A stretch of DNA of 64,000 bases from Octopus vulgaris (Eukaryota), in NCBI GenBank assembly GCA_951406725.2, contig OX597841.1:21576001-21640000 (forward strand). Reading direction: 5' to 3'. Positions 12,666 to 24,107 of the stretch are shown one piece after another (the stretch's first letter is position 1; each line of letters opens with the position of its first letter). The position numbers and the translations under genes are program-made. Under the pieces are notes generated by a model. It made no database searches. It worked only from the letters and a program-made list of their open reading frames with translations, and was not told the origin of the DNA.

Positions 12666-13420
12666 CCCTTTAGCATTCAGATTATGCTTGTTTATTCATT
12701 GTTTTGAATTAATCCTGCGTTGTCTCATCACCATCATCGTTTAACGTCCATTTTCCATGCTGGCATGGGTTGGACGGTTCAGCTGGGGTCTGGGAAGCCA
12801 GAAGGCTGCACCAGGCTCTGATCTGATCTGGCAGAGTTTCTACGGCTGGATGCCCTTCCTAACGCCAACCACTCCGAGAGTGCAGTGGGTGCTTTTTACG
12901 TGCCAGATGGGGCTGGCAAACGGCCACAATCGGATGGTGCTTTTTACGTGCCACCTGCACAGGTGCCAGAGGAGGCTGGCAAACGGCCATGAATGGATGG
13001 TGCTTTTTACGTGCCACCTGCACAGGTGCCAGACGAGGCTGGCAAATGGCCACGATTGGATGGTGCTTTTTACGTGCCACCGCACGGGGGCCCAGACGAA
13101 GCTGGCAAACGGCCACGATCAAATGGTGCTTTTTACGTGCCAGACGAGGCTGGCAAACAGCCACAATTGGATGATGCATTTTACGTGCCACCGGCATGGA
13201 GGCCAGTCGGGGCGGCGCTGGCAACGGCCATGTTCGGATGGTTCTCTTACGTGCCATCGGCACTGGTATCACAGCTACAATCTCCATTGCCTCATAGTTT
13301 TGAGATTCTGATAATGTGACTGTTTCTAGAAATGACATCAAAGGGTAGGTGTGAGAGGCCAAATCCAGCCTGTATGAACATAAACAGGAAGAATATTTTG
13401 GTTGCTTAAATGCTAAAGGG
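12666..13420. mobile_element. piggyBac-type MITE (TTAA TSD) with nested SINE-like family B insertion
   Basis: TTAA-ccctttagcatt...aatgctaaaggg-TTAA. The insert 12729-13286 is flanked by ttgtctcat/ttgcctcat. An uninterrupted relative lies at ~55189-55410. Confidence 0.85.
12729..13286 (-). mobile_element. SINE-like family B with internal ~50-bp tandem repeats and (GAT)n tail
   Basis: Motif ggcgttaggaagggcatccagccgtagaaac, repeated gtggcacgtaaaaagcaccatcc units, tail agcatggaaa...acgttaaacgatgatg. Copies at ~15300-15470, 26630-27130, 52030-52375, 53825-54095 and 62905-63015. Confidence 0.85.
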
Positions 13421-13449
13421 TTAAACTCACATATTGCAATGATAAAGTG

Positions 13450-14800
13450 CAAGTCGTTTACTTAATTAAGGTTTATTTACATTGGAATAGGTTGTTTCCC
13501 TTTCCCTCGGGTTATTGTAATCGGTCAGTTCCTAATGTACGTTTTCACAGCACATTGTCTGCAGATGTTCACATATCTAACAGTTTCTTAGTGTTTTCCT
13601 GAAGCTGCTTCACAGAAATCATTCCTTATCAATCAATCCATCAGTCATATTTTCTCTTCTTACTTATTGCATAACCACATCCCATTTTGCAAACCTTGTC
13701 ACTTATTCATCGGTTGGTTCAACAGCCATCCTATATCTACCACTTGCTTATGTCATTCATATCTTGCTTTGCTAACACTGCTTTGTCTACTTCATAAACT
13801 TATATTTCATATCAGAAATAGCTTTAGATATACTCTGTGGTGGGTTTGTCTCAAGGCTATCATTCTTTCCTGTAAATTAAATCATTTTCTTGATGTTGAA
13901 ATTGTAGTATTTCCCAGTTCTATTTTCACTGCTGTTGCATTTATAAATATTTACCCTGTTAGAATTTCTTCAATTCTTTTATTAAGTATATTTGCGATGT
14001 TATATCCTTATTATTGCAAGTACTGTTACTGTCCATTTCCTCAAACTGAAGCATGCTTGAATAGAAATGATGGATTTCTTCAAGAAATATTGTGTAACGA
14101 GTGTATGTATTGTGTGAAAATGGTTTTGAAAGTTCTTTTTGTTGTTCCGATGTAGATTTTATTGTTTTGTTATGCAACTTTAATTCAGGGGTAGGCTTTG
14201 ACCTGCTGCATTTTTGTCCGTGAATTTTCAGATACATGATTATAGCTTTCTATGGCATGTTTAGATTTCATGTGCAACCGTAGCTCACTTTTACATTGTT
14301 CTTATTGAATAGCCTGTGATATCTATGGTCAGTTATGAAATATTTGATGATGAATAGTAGGAAGTATATTTTTGTTCGTCACATTTAGACTGAAAGGTGG
14401 GTTGAACCAGCTGATTTTTATAGTTTGACTGGTATTTTGTTTCATTGGTATAACATTAAATACACGCACGTTCTTTTCTTTGATTCTGCTTGGTTGGATG
14501 ATAGTGGAAACTCTTTAGTTTATGCTGTTTGTTGACTAGATACTTTATTAGGTGGTTGGAATACATTTGTATACTGTAGCACAACGTCCAATTTGCCATA
14601 AACCCGGTTATCTTTCTGTGGATAGGTTTTTAGTATTACAGGGAAAATTTAATAAAGGTAGATTTGTTTGGTTGGATGTTTTGAGATTGAACTCTTTGAG
14701 GCATTTACGTTTTCTCTTTGTCTTTTACATTTCATTCCAAGCAGAATAATTTATGTCTAGTTACTATGTTATCATCTCTCTTCTGGATTTGTTGCTTAAT
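13450..14800 (-). mobile_element. Highly decayed Penelope-like RT/linker coding remnant
   Basis: Minus strand translates (with stops) ISWFNPPFSLNVT and YHRLFNKNNVKVSYGCT, resembling the WFNPP / IFN-N-VKVSYSC motifs of PLE ORFs. Confidence 0.7.
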
Positions 14801-14812
14801 CTTTTTAGTGTA

Positions 14813-14856
<44 letters not shown>

Positions 14857-14857
<1 letters not shown>

Positions 14858-15293
14858 AATGTAGGATAAAACTTTTTCGAAAAAAAAATTTGATCAATGG
14901 CCAGCATATTAAAAAAATACCTTTAAAGGTTAAATTTATAAACAACTTATAAATAAGGGCAAACGAAAAAATTTCTAATGCCAAATATGCCGAAATTGGA
15001 CATATTGTCCATAACCATTATAATTTTTCACAATACGCACGCTACTCGAAAAAAAGGTCGACAGAAATTTCATTTATTTCTTTGCCACATTTATCACTGA
15101 CGGAGGGAGGGTTCTTACGAACTAACCCTGAAATCAGTCCGATATGGTAATAATGGAATTTTTATGAAATTTCTGTCAACTTTTTTCGAGTAGCGTGCGT
15201 ATTGTGAAAAAATTATATGGTTATGGACAATATGTTCAATTTCGGCATATTTGGCATTAGAAATTTTTTCGTTTGCCCTTATTTATAAGTTGT
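14857..15293. mobile_element. TA-flanked fold-back element (arms 14942-~15075 / ~15163-15293) with a degenerate hammerhead in the loop
   Basis: acaacttataaataagggcaaacg... / ...cgtttgcccttatttataagttgt. Loop 15092-15144: tatca-CTGACGG-aggg..gttc(ttac)gaac..ccct-GAAA-tca-GTC-cgata. Confidence 0.75.
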
Positions 15294-15469
15294 ATATATA
15301 TCATCATCGTTTAACATCCGTTCTCCATGCTAGCATGGGTTGGACGGTCGACCGGGATCTGGGAAGCCAGAAGGCTGCCCCAGGCTCCGGTCTTATCTGG
15401 CAATGTTTCTACAGCTGGATGCCCTTCCTAACACCAACCACTCCGTGAGTGTAGGCGTTAGGAAGGGCA

Positions 15470-15501
<32 letters not shown>

Positions 15502-15682
15502 CCCATACACATGCTGTTTATGGACATTTTCCTTCTCAGGATTTTTCTCCTTTCTGATGAAGAGCTTATCTGAACAAACCCAGGCTCCGGTCTTTCCATC
15601 TTCACTGAGCAATGTTTACAGCTGGATGCCCTTTATCAACCACTCTGTTGAGTGTAGGCGGTTAGGAGGGAGTCAAACAATA

Positions 15683-15721
<39 letters not shown>

Positions 15722-16079
15722 CCCATACACATGCTGTTTATGGACATTTTCCTTCTCAGGATTTTTCTTTTCTCCTCTTTCTGATGAAGAGCTTATACTT
15801 GAAACATGAAAAACCACTTCTTACTTTCCATCTTCACTGAGCAGTGTTACAGTATTTCAAACTTGCAGTACAGGCAGTCTGAGCAATAGTGGTGGTAATT
15901 GAAATGGTGCTGTTATGACTACAAACCCTCTGGGTTTTTACTCTCTCTCTCTCTACACTTAAAATGCTCTCTGGGTGTTTTGTGATAGCGGCACCATGAC
16001 AACTAGATGCAGTGTAGACAATTACAATTACAGTACAGGCGGCAGTTGTAGTAAAGCAGAGCTGTTACTACAAGCTTTC

Positions 16080-16680
16080 ATAAGTTTCTCTCTCTCTCTC
16101 TGCTACCCTCTCAGATCTCTTACTTCCTCTTCCCCTTTCTACCTCCTACCAACACTTTCTGTTCTCTCTCTCTCTGCTACCCTCTGACAGGATTGATGTG
16201 GCAGTGTTGGTAGTAGTAGTCCTACCAACACTTTCTGTTCTCTCTCTCTCTGCTACCCTCTCAGATCTCTTACTTCCTCTTCCCCCTTCTACCTCCTACC
16301 AACACTTTCTGTTCTCTCTCTCTCTGCTACCCTCTCAGATCTCTTACTTCCTCTTCCCCCTTCTACCTCCTACCAACACTTTCTGGGTTCTCTCTCTCTC
16401 TGCTACCCTCTCAGATCTCTCTCTCTCTTCTACCTCCTACCAACACTTTCTGTTCTCAGTAGTTGTAGTGGTGATACAGTGGCAGTGTTGGTACTAGTGT
16501 CACCCACAACAGGACAGCAGGCAACTGTAGTTGTGTGGGTAGTAGTAGTTGAATTGATGAAGCTGTCACTACAAGCTTTCTGTTCTCTCTCTCTCTCTCT
16601 CTGCTACCCTCTCAGATCTCTTACTTCCTCTTCCCCCTTCTACCTCCTACCAACACTTTCTGTTCTCTCCCTCCCATGCC
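16080..16680. repeat. ~78-bp CT-rich repeat, dispersed/tandem, downstream of the GUCD1 stop
   Basis: ctctctctgctaccctctcagatctcttacttcctcttcccccttctacctcctaccaacactttctgtt, ~5 copies. Confidence 0.8.
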
Positions 16681-17068
16681 TCCCACCATCTTTATTTCCA
16701 CTTCCATCCCTCAGCTGTGTTTACAACCCTCAGCTCACTCCCACTCTCTATCTCTCTCTCCCTCTCTTTCCACAATACAGTTGTTCCAGCTATCAACCTC
16801 CATCCACCACCACCACCACTCATTCTATAACCTTTTACCACTTCCTTTCCCTCCTTCACTTCTCTTATCCCCTCTCTCTCTCTCTGTTTCCACAATGCAG
16901 CTATTCAAGCCTACACCCACCACCACCACCACCATCTTCCCACTCTTTACTTCCACTTCTCTCTCTCTCTCTCTCCTTCACTTTCTCTCGCTCCCTTTCT
17001 GTCTCTACAAAGCGTCTGTTGCGGCCACCATGCTCCAACCGCCTCCACCATCACCACTAAAGTGTCTC

Positions 17069-17160
17069 TCAAGAAGTGTAAATGAAGAGAAGGTCTTCAT
17101 CGGTGCCATAACGTTTGCGGGCCGTGTCAAAGGTCTTCCAACTGCAACTGCTGACTTCAT
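17069..17160 (-). CDS. GUCD1: GUCD1 exon 9 (terminal coding exon)
   Basis: ttctttctctctccag| (D)EVSSCSWKTFDTARKRYGTDEDLLFIYTS*. Matches the GUCD1 C-terminal motif F--AR---GTDEDILF. 92 nt. Confidence 0.95.
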
Positions 17161-17279
17161 CTGGAGAGAGAAAGAAAGAGAGGTAGACAATAAAAGAGGA
17201 AGTGGGGCAGAAAAGAGACAGAAAGGGAGAAAAGACAGGTAAAAAGGGAAAAAAACCCAGAAAAGTAAGAGACAAATAG

Positions 17280-17580
17280 AGGTGGGGGGAGAGTGAAGGG
17301 AAGAGAATGGAGGAGGGGGAGAGTGAAGGGAAGAGAATGGAGGAGGGGGGAGAGAGGAGGGAAGGGAAGAGAATGGAGGAGGGGGAGAGTGAAGGGAAGA
17401 GAATGGAGGTGGGGGGAGAGTGAAGGGAAGAGAATGGAGGAGGGGGGGAGAGTGAAGGGAAGAGAATGGAGGAGGGGGGAGAGTGAAGGGAAGAGAATGG
17501 AGGTGGGGGGGAGAGTGAAGGGAAGAGAATGGAGGTGGGGGGGGGGAGAGTGAAGGGAAGAGAATGGAGGAGGGGAAGAA
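17280..17580. repeat. ~30-bp purine-rich minisatellite
   Basis: gagagtgaagggaagagaatggaggagggg, ~10 copies, in the last GUCD1 intron. Confidence 0.9.
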
Positions 17581-17830
17581 GAGAGATAGATAATGATGCA
17601 AATAAACACACCTGGACTTGATATATAAAATTTACATACATATATACATGTAAATATATACAGGGACATTAATGACATGTAGGAACATGGTATTTTGTTA
17701 TGCAATTACAATATACTGTGTAGTATATTATGTTTGCATAACAAAATACCATGTCCCTAGAAATCATTAATATTTGCATACCAGCTTCCAGGAATGTGTT
17801 TGTAAAATTGGTATATCCAATAACATTACA

Positions 17831-18090
17831 GTGGAGGCGCGTGGCTTAGTGGTTAGGGTGTTAGCACCATGATCGTAAGATTGTGGTTTCGACTCCTGGA
17901 CCGGGCAACGCATTGTGTTCTTGAGCAAAACACTTCATTTCACGTTGCTCCAATCCACTCAGCTGACAAGAGTAACGCTGTGATGGACTGGTGTCCCGTC
18001 CAGCTGGGGAACACATACGCCATAGAAACCGGGAAAACGGGCCCATGAGTCTGGCTAGACTTTAAAAGGGCACATTTATTTAATTATTTT
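17831..18090 (+). mobile_element. SINE family C with 12-bp TSD
   Basis: tRNA-like head ggcgcgtggcttagtggttagg...ggtttcgactcc and V-domain-like gatggactggtgtcccgtccag. TSD aataacattaca at 17819-17830 and 18091-18102. Relatives at ~61715-61880, 61990-62230 and 62640-62805. Confidence 0.85.
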
Positions 18091-19039
18091 AATAACATTA
18101 CACCACTAGTGGCTATTGAGTTCGTGGATGATTAAAGGATTGGATGGATACTGATGAAGGAGCAAAAACTCCCGGAAAATGGCATATACACCAATTAACC
18201 AATTTTCCTCTTCAATCTCATTGATGTTTACATAAAGCAGTGCTGGTTACACTTTCCATAGGAAATCTGTAGAGATAATCTGAATGAGTGATATAGGGAT
18301 ATGTAGAGAGAGAAAGAACAACTGAAAATATTTAGAAGGTGAACGTCTATGTATAAGCATATAGATATTAATGGATTTGTGGAACAAATCTGCACAGAGT
18401 ACAAAAATTACAGAAAACTAAGGAGAGAAGACATGGTATTTCAGGCCCGACAGCTGTTTCTGGGGGGCTTGGAATTACTCAGCAGAGCGCTATCTACCTA
18501 GATCTCTCGCCTTATATATATATATATCACAAATAAGAAAATGGAGGTATTCTTATCTTATATGTATTGAATTTATACTGTATTTATGTATGTTATTATG
18601 GTTATCGCTTTGATAAATAAATAAGATAACATTCTAATATTTACTGGTAATAGCCGGCTGTAGTTGTAACTGGGCTTCATCTACCTTTGCATGTCGTTTA
18701 AGTCCTCCTGCTGAATTACACTCTCTTCCACATGCCCGACAGATATGATTAGTATGGTGTGTTACACCACCACCAGTGGCCAGGTTGTCACTCATCTGTC
18801 TCGTTTTATGACTACGAAGATGACTCATGAGTACAATAATTGAGTTTATTGCATTGCAATTAAAAACACTTGTGTATTATACCAACAGTATACTGGATAA
18901 ATATTATCCTTACTTTCTCATGTGCAACTCGAGATTTCTCAAAAGTGGCTGTCCCCTCGTGCACAATCCTTCTCCACCTGCTACGATCAATAGCTATGCC
19001 CTCCCATATATATATATATATACACACACACATCAATTA

Positions 19040-19421
19040 TCATTAATAGTGACAGAGGGTGCAAGGTAGCGCTTACATTGCTAAAAACAAATGTCAAAGA
19101 CCCCTTATGGCCACAAAAAGTACATCTCTGCACTGACAGGGGAGCTAACCACAAATCAGTGAGTGAGGTCACTATACTATACTAGCTTCACTTAGGTCAT
19201 CAGTAGTAGTCCCTCCATCACAGATGGTTAAGCTAATTCCCAGCTCTTAGTATATAGGCGCAAGAGTGGCTGTGTGGTAAGTAGCTTGCTAACTAACCAC
19301 ATGGTTCTGGGTTCAGTCCCACTGCGTGGCACCTTGAGCAAGTGTCTTCTGCTATAGCCCCGGGCCGACCAAAGCCTTGTGAGTGGATTTGGTAGACGGA
19401 AACTGAAAGAAGCCTGTCGAA

Positions 19422-19462
<41 letters not shown>

Positions 19463-20030
19463 ATATGCTTGTGTCTGTGTTTGTCCCCCTAGCATTGCTT
19501 GACAACTGATGCTGGTGTGTTTATGTCCCCGTCACTTAGTGGTTCGGCAAAAAGAGACCGATAGAATAAGTACTGGGCTTACTAAAGAATAAGTCCCTGG
19601 GTCGATTTGCTCGACTAAAAGGCGGTGCTCCAGCATGGCCGCAGTCAAATGACTGAAACAAGTAAAAGAGTATTTACCATATGAATCAGTGGATGGTTGG
19701 GCAAAATGGTAAAGTGAAAGTTATAAAATAACCAAGGAGGCTAAATGCAATATGGACCCAAAAAGGAAGAATTCAGTTGTCACTAATTGTAACTGATGGT
19801 GCAGGGTGCTAGAAACAAGAGCCAAAGACCCTAACCTAGCCATCAGTGATCGGGTAGTCAATATTGATGAACCAAGTGAAACTAGCTAATATGGTGACCT
19901 CACTTGCTGTGTGGCAGTTATCTCCCCTGTCACTGCATAGACATATGCTCTTTTGTGGCAGTAAGGGTCTTTGACTCTTGTTTCTAGCATTATAAATGCT
20001 ACCGCACATCCTCAGTCGCTGTTAGTAATA
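19040..20030. mobile_element. Old element with ~140-bp imperfect terminal inverted repeats, containing a SINE A (19256-19670)
   Basis: gtcaaagaccccttatggccacaaaaag...gtgaggtcacta vs tggtgacctcac...cttttgtggcagtaagggtctttgac. Confidence 0.65.
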
Positions 20031-20194
20031 ACTGAAATTTTCCTGTTTGGTACAAGAGGTGGTGCTGCTCCAGAATGGCCACAGTCTGATGAATTAAAAA
20101 AAACAAAAAATAAAACAAAATGAGAAAAGAAAGTGTAAGGTATGGGTGGGGGGGGGAGGGGCGGACGGATTAATAAGGGATAATCTCTACTTAC

Positions 20195-20269
20195 CATGAT
20201 TCAGTGCAGGGTTTTTGTAGTAGATTTGTTGTTTGATCTGGTTGTACCCACAGACGACAACAAAGTGAC
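20195..20269 (-). CDS. GUCD1: GUCD1 exon 8
   Basis: aag|(G)HFVVVCGYNQIKQQIYYKNPALNH(D)|gtaagt. 75 nt, phase 1-1; carries the GHF and YxNP motifs. Confidence 0.95.
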
Positions 20270-20394
20270 CTTTGTGGTGGTGGTGGTGGTCGTGGCGGAA
20301 AAGAGAAAAGGAAAAATTGGCGTTAATTCGACGGTGGTGGTCATTGTCGTAGGGCTAATGGAGTTTTTACATCCTGTCACAAACCCCTAGCTAA

Positions 20395-21085
20395 GCTGTT
20401 GCTGTTTAGCCCCAGGTCAGTCCCGATCCAGCAGACCTATGATCAAAGATGTTCCAGCTGTGACCATCCTGTCTTTTATTATTCATGCATCGTGTATCTA
20501 GGAGTACATTATCTAATGTGTCCTTCCTTGTTGTTGTTTAGCCCAGGTCAGTCCTGATCCAGTTGACCTATGATCAAAGATCTTCCAGCTGTGACCATCC
20601 TGTCTTTTATTATTCATGCATCGTGTATCTAGGAGTACATTATCTAATGTGCCCTTTCTTGTTGTTGCTTAGCCACAGGTCAGTCCTGATCCAGTAGACC
20701 TATGATCAAAGATGATCCAACTGTGACCATCTTGTCTTTTAGTCAGACATAGTGTATCTAGGACTACATCATTTAATGTGCCCTTCCTTGTGATTGTTTA
20801 GCCCCAGGTCAGACCGGATCCAGCAGGCCTATAATCAAACATGACCCAGCTGTGACCATCCAGTCCTTTAATTAGACTTAGTGTATCTAGGACTACATTT
20901 TCTGAAGTATCCTTTGTTGTTGATTAGCTCCAGATCACTCCTGATCCACCTGTGACCATCCTGTCTTTTACTTAGACATAGTGTATTGAGGACAAGATAA
21001 TTTAATATGTTCTCCCTTGTTATTGTTTAACCCCAAGCTGGTCCTGAGCAAGCAGACCTATGATCAAAGTGGTTCCAGCCATGCC
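20395..21085 (+). repeat. ~125-bp degenerate tandem repeat (dispersed family)
   Basis: ttgtttagccccaggtcagtcctgatccagcagacctatgatcaaagatgttccagctgtgaccatc, ~5-6 copies. Also at ~25410-25650, ~28065-28190 and (minus) ~63205-63270. Confidence 0.85.
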
Positions 21086-21244
21086 CATATTCAGCCTGAA
21101 AACAGAGACTCCTACACACTAGACTTGCTGCAGAAACAATAACCTTGGGTTAAACAACTGCAACAGACATGATTCAATAATGTACTCCTAGATAGACTGT
21201 GGCTGGATGTTGGAAATACTGGGAGTTGGAACTTCATGGATCAT

Positions 21245-21620
21245 AGATCTGGATTGTGTGGGAGAAATAGTGTTGTGAGGATGGTGTTGTGTTGTGTGGG
21301 AGAGATAGTGTTGTGAGGATGGTGTTGTGTTGCAGATGGCTTTTTGGACTTTGTGGGAGAGATAGTGTTGTGAGGATGGTGTTGTGTTGCAGATGGGTTT
21401 GGACTGTGTGGGAGAGATAGTGTTGTGTAGCAGATGGCTTTAGGACTTTGTGGGAGAGATAGTGTTGTGTAGCAGATGGCTTTTGGACTTTGTGGTAGAG
21501 ATAGTGTTGTGTTGCAGATGAGTTTGGACTGTGTGGGAGAGATAGTGTTGTTAGGATGGTGTTGTGTTGCAGAAGGTTTGGGACTGTGTGTGGGAGATAG
21601 TGTTGTTAGGATGGTGTTGA
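21245..21620. repeat. GT-rich degenerate minisatellite
   Basis: ggactgtgtgggagagatagtgttgtg(aggatggtgttgtg)ttgcagatgg units. Confidence 0.85.
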
Positions 21621-21898
21621 AGAAATGTCTATATGTATGAGTGTGATTAAAGAGGTTAAAGAGGGACCAGGGACAAGTAGGGAACAAGTTGTTGCAGTAA
21701 GATGTTGTGTCGCTCAAACAACCAGGTTGACTTGGATTGAGAAGTAATTGTCAGTAACAGATTTGAGATGTCAATGTTGTTGAGCAAAAGAATATTAACA
21801 ACAACAACAACAACAATGATGATGATGATGATGATGATGATGTAATAATTTACTTTAATATGACAAAAGTAACCACAGCAACATCAATGTCCACTGAC

Positions 21899-21947
21899 CT
21901 TGGTAAGAACCGCGGCTGTCTCGGAAGCATGTCAAATGTCCACATTT
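21899..21947 (-). CDS. GUCD1: GUCD1 exon 7
   Basis: ttttctctttcgcatcag|KCGHLTCFRDSRGSYQ(G)|gtcagt. 49 nt, phase 0-1; bridges exons 6 and 8 in frame to give YQGHF. Confidence 0.9.
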
Positions 21948-22481
21948 CTGATGCGAAAGAGAAAAAAAAAAAATTAAATGAGGGAAAAGAAGGGAAAGAA
22001 AGCAAAGAAATACTGAAAGGAAAGAAAGAAAGAAAGAAAGAAATAAAGAAGATGTGGTTGTGGGTTTAAGAAGCTTGCTTCCCAATCACATGGTTTGGGG
22101 TTCAATTCTGCTGCATGGCACCTTGAAAAAGTGTCTTCTACTATAGCTTTAGAATGACCAAAAGCCTTGTGCATGAATTTGCCAGATGGAAACTGAAAGA
22201 AGCCCATCGTGCATATAGGCATCAGGGATGTGCTGCCTAGGTAGGTAGTGCTTACCTTGAATAAACTAGATCAGCAACAACATTTTCCTTTTATGGCAAA
22301 ATATGCAACATCGATGTTTCCAAGGGCTAAATGGTGGTGGTGTAATTCCCTTACGGGACTGTCACATTGAGTTGCCAGTATACGACCAATATATCGCTTC
22401 ACCACCACTCATGTCTCTCTGAGACATTTAGAAATTCAATATTTCTAATTTCGGTGATCAGTAAATAAATTTTACTGAAAA

Positions 22482-22776
22482 TCTTTATATATAAAATTGA
22501 AGTTATGTGTGTGAGTGTCTGTCTCCTCCGATTTAGATTCCTAACTACTCCCACATTTTGCGGTGCAGTTTAACCAAAAGCGGGTATCTTATAGTTGTCA
22601 TTCATATTGAGCCCTTCTGGGTATTAGCGCGTGTCTACGATTTAAAAAAAAATTTACCATCATTTTTCAGCATTTTTAATGATTTTTGCTTGGGTTATAT
22701 AAAGGAAGTAACTCACTAAAAATGCTTATATATTATTTCCCTTACAAACCCGAGCAACGCCGGGCGATACTGCAAG
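22482..22776 (+). mobile_element. Non-autonomous Helitron-like element
   Basis: A|TCtttatatataaaa 5' end; 3' hairpin cccgagcaacgccggg + cgatactgcaag|T. Shares both ends with the CTAG-ending copy at 51191-51586. Confidence 0.7.
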
Positions 22777-23283
22777 TAGGATATATTTGTGAAGAGGTTG
22801 CAGTCATCTCAGCGAGCGAGACTGCCTACCCTGGACTGATGACGAGCAATACACTCAGAAACATATGTCTTCAGGTGCTTAGTCCCATCTGGCGGGGGTG
22901 ATTGCCTCCCCCTTTGCAAAGGACAGAAAATGTGTCAAACCGACAGGAGACGTCGAAGTTTCCCAGGGCTAAACAGCAGTGGTGTAATTCCCATACGGGA
23001 CTGTCCCATTGGGTTGACAGTATACAACCACTCTATCGCTCCACCACTGCTCATGTCTCTCTGAGACATTTAGAAATTCAATATGTACAGGAAAACCTAC
23101 TTTTTCCTGTCGAGGGCTTATATGCCCCATTATTAGACTATTTTATTTAATCATTTCACGGTGGTCTCTTATAAGCTCTAAGCTTATAAAATTCTATTTT
23201 TATTATTTACAGAAAAAAAAAAAAAAATGTGCCCCAGCATGGCCGCGGCCTTCAGGCTAAAACATTTTTAAGGATTTAAGGAT

Positions 23284-23900
23284 GGGCACAGGAGTGGCTG
23301 TGTGGTAAGTAGTTTGTTTACCAACCACATGGTTGCGGGTTCAGTCCCACTGCCTGGCATCTTGGGCAAGTGTCTTCTGCTATAGCCCCGGGCCGACCAA
23401 TGCCTTGTGAGTGGATTTGGTAGATGGAAACTGAAAGAAGCCTGTCGTATATATGTATATGTGTGTGCGTGTATGTTTGTGTGTCTGTGTTTGTCCCCCT
23501 AGCATTGCTTGACAACCGATGCTGGTGTGTTTATGTCCCCATTACTTAGCGGTTCGGCAAAAGAGACCGATAGAATAAGTACTGGGCTTACAAAAAGTAA
23601 GTCCCGGGGTCGATTTGCTCGACTAAAGGCAGTGCTCCAGCATGGCCATAGTCAAATGACTGAAACAAGTAAAAGAGTAAGAGTAAATATATGTATGTAT
23701 GTGGGTGTTTGGGTTTGTCCCCCCCATCATCGCTTGAAAACTGATGTTGATGAGTTTACATCTCCGTGACTTAGCAGTTCAGCAAAAGAGACCAATAGAA
23801 TAAGTACTAGGCTTACAAAGAATAAGTCCTGCGGTCGATTTGTTTGACTAAAGGCGGTGCTCCAGCATGGCCGTTCTCAAAGGACTGAAACAAATAAAAG
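23284..23900 (+). mobile_element. SINE family A plus an older 3'-half copy
   Basis: Full copy 23284-~23685, followed by a diverged second body/tail. Confidence 0.88.
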
Positions 23901-23926
23901 AATGGTAATAAAACTCGTCCCCTCAC

Positions 23927-24026
23927 CTCATAGAAAATGTTGTGTGTGAGTACAAGGGAGTCGAGGAGACAGATGAGGATGTTTCCGAGGCTGAGATGTT
24001 GGAGGATGGTTTGGAGTTCCACGGAT
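23927..24026 (-). CDS. GUCD1: GUCD1 exon 6
   Basis: ttctttcttcttag|(Q)SVELQTILQHLSLGNILICLLDSLVLTHNIFYE|gtgagg. 100 nt, phase 2-0. Confidence 0.92.
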
Positions 24027-24107
24027 CTAAGAAGAAAGAATTAGAATTAAAAGTGTGAGTTGCATATGAAGTGGAGACCTTCATTCGTACATGGAGCTGA
24101 CTGATGC

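Noticed and set aside
17005-17160. Alternative frame MKSAVAVGRPLTRP...
   Set aside because: The overlapping frame gives the conserved GUCD1 GTDED terminus and fits the exon-8 phase.
18634-18828. C2H2-like peptide ICRACGRECNSAGGLKRH as a zinc-finger gene
   Set aside because: Isolated, intronic in GUCD1, lacks TGEKP linkers. Better explained as the C-terminal finger of an RTE-type LINE.
19256-19330. tRNA gene
   Set aside because: A/B boxes are present but belong to the head of multi-copy SINE A, with no full cloverleaf. The same applies to the other SINE heads.
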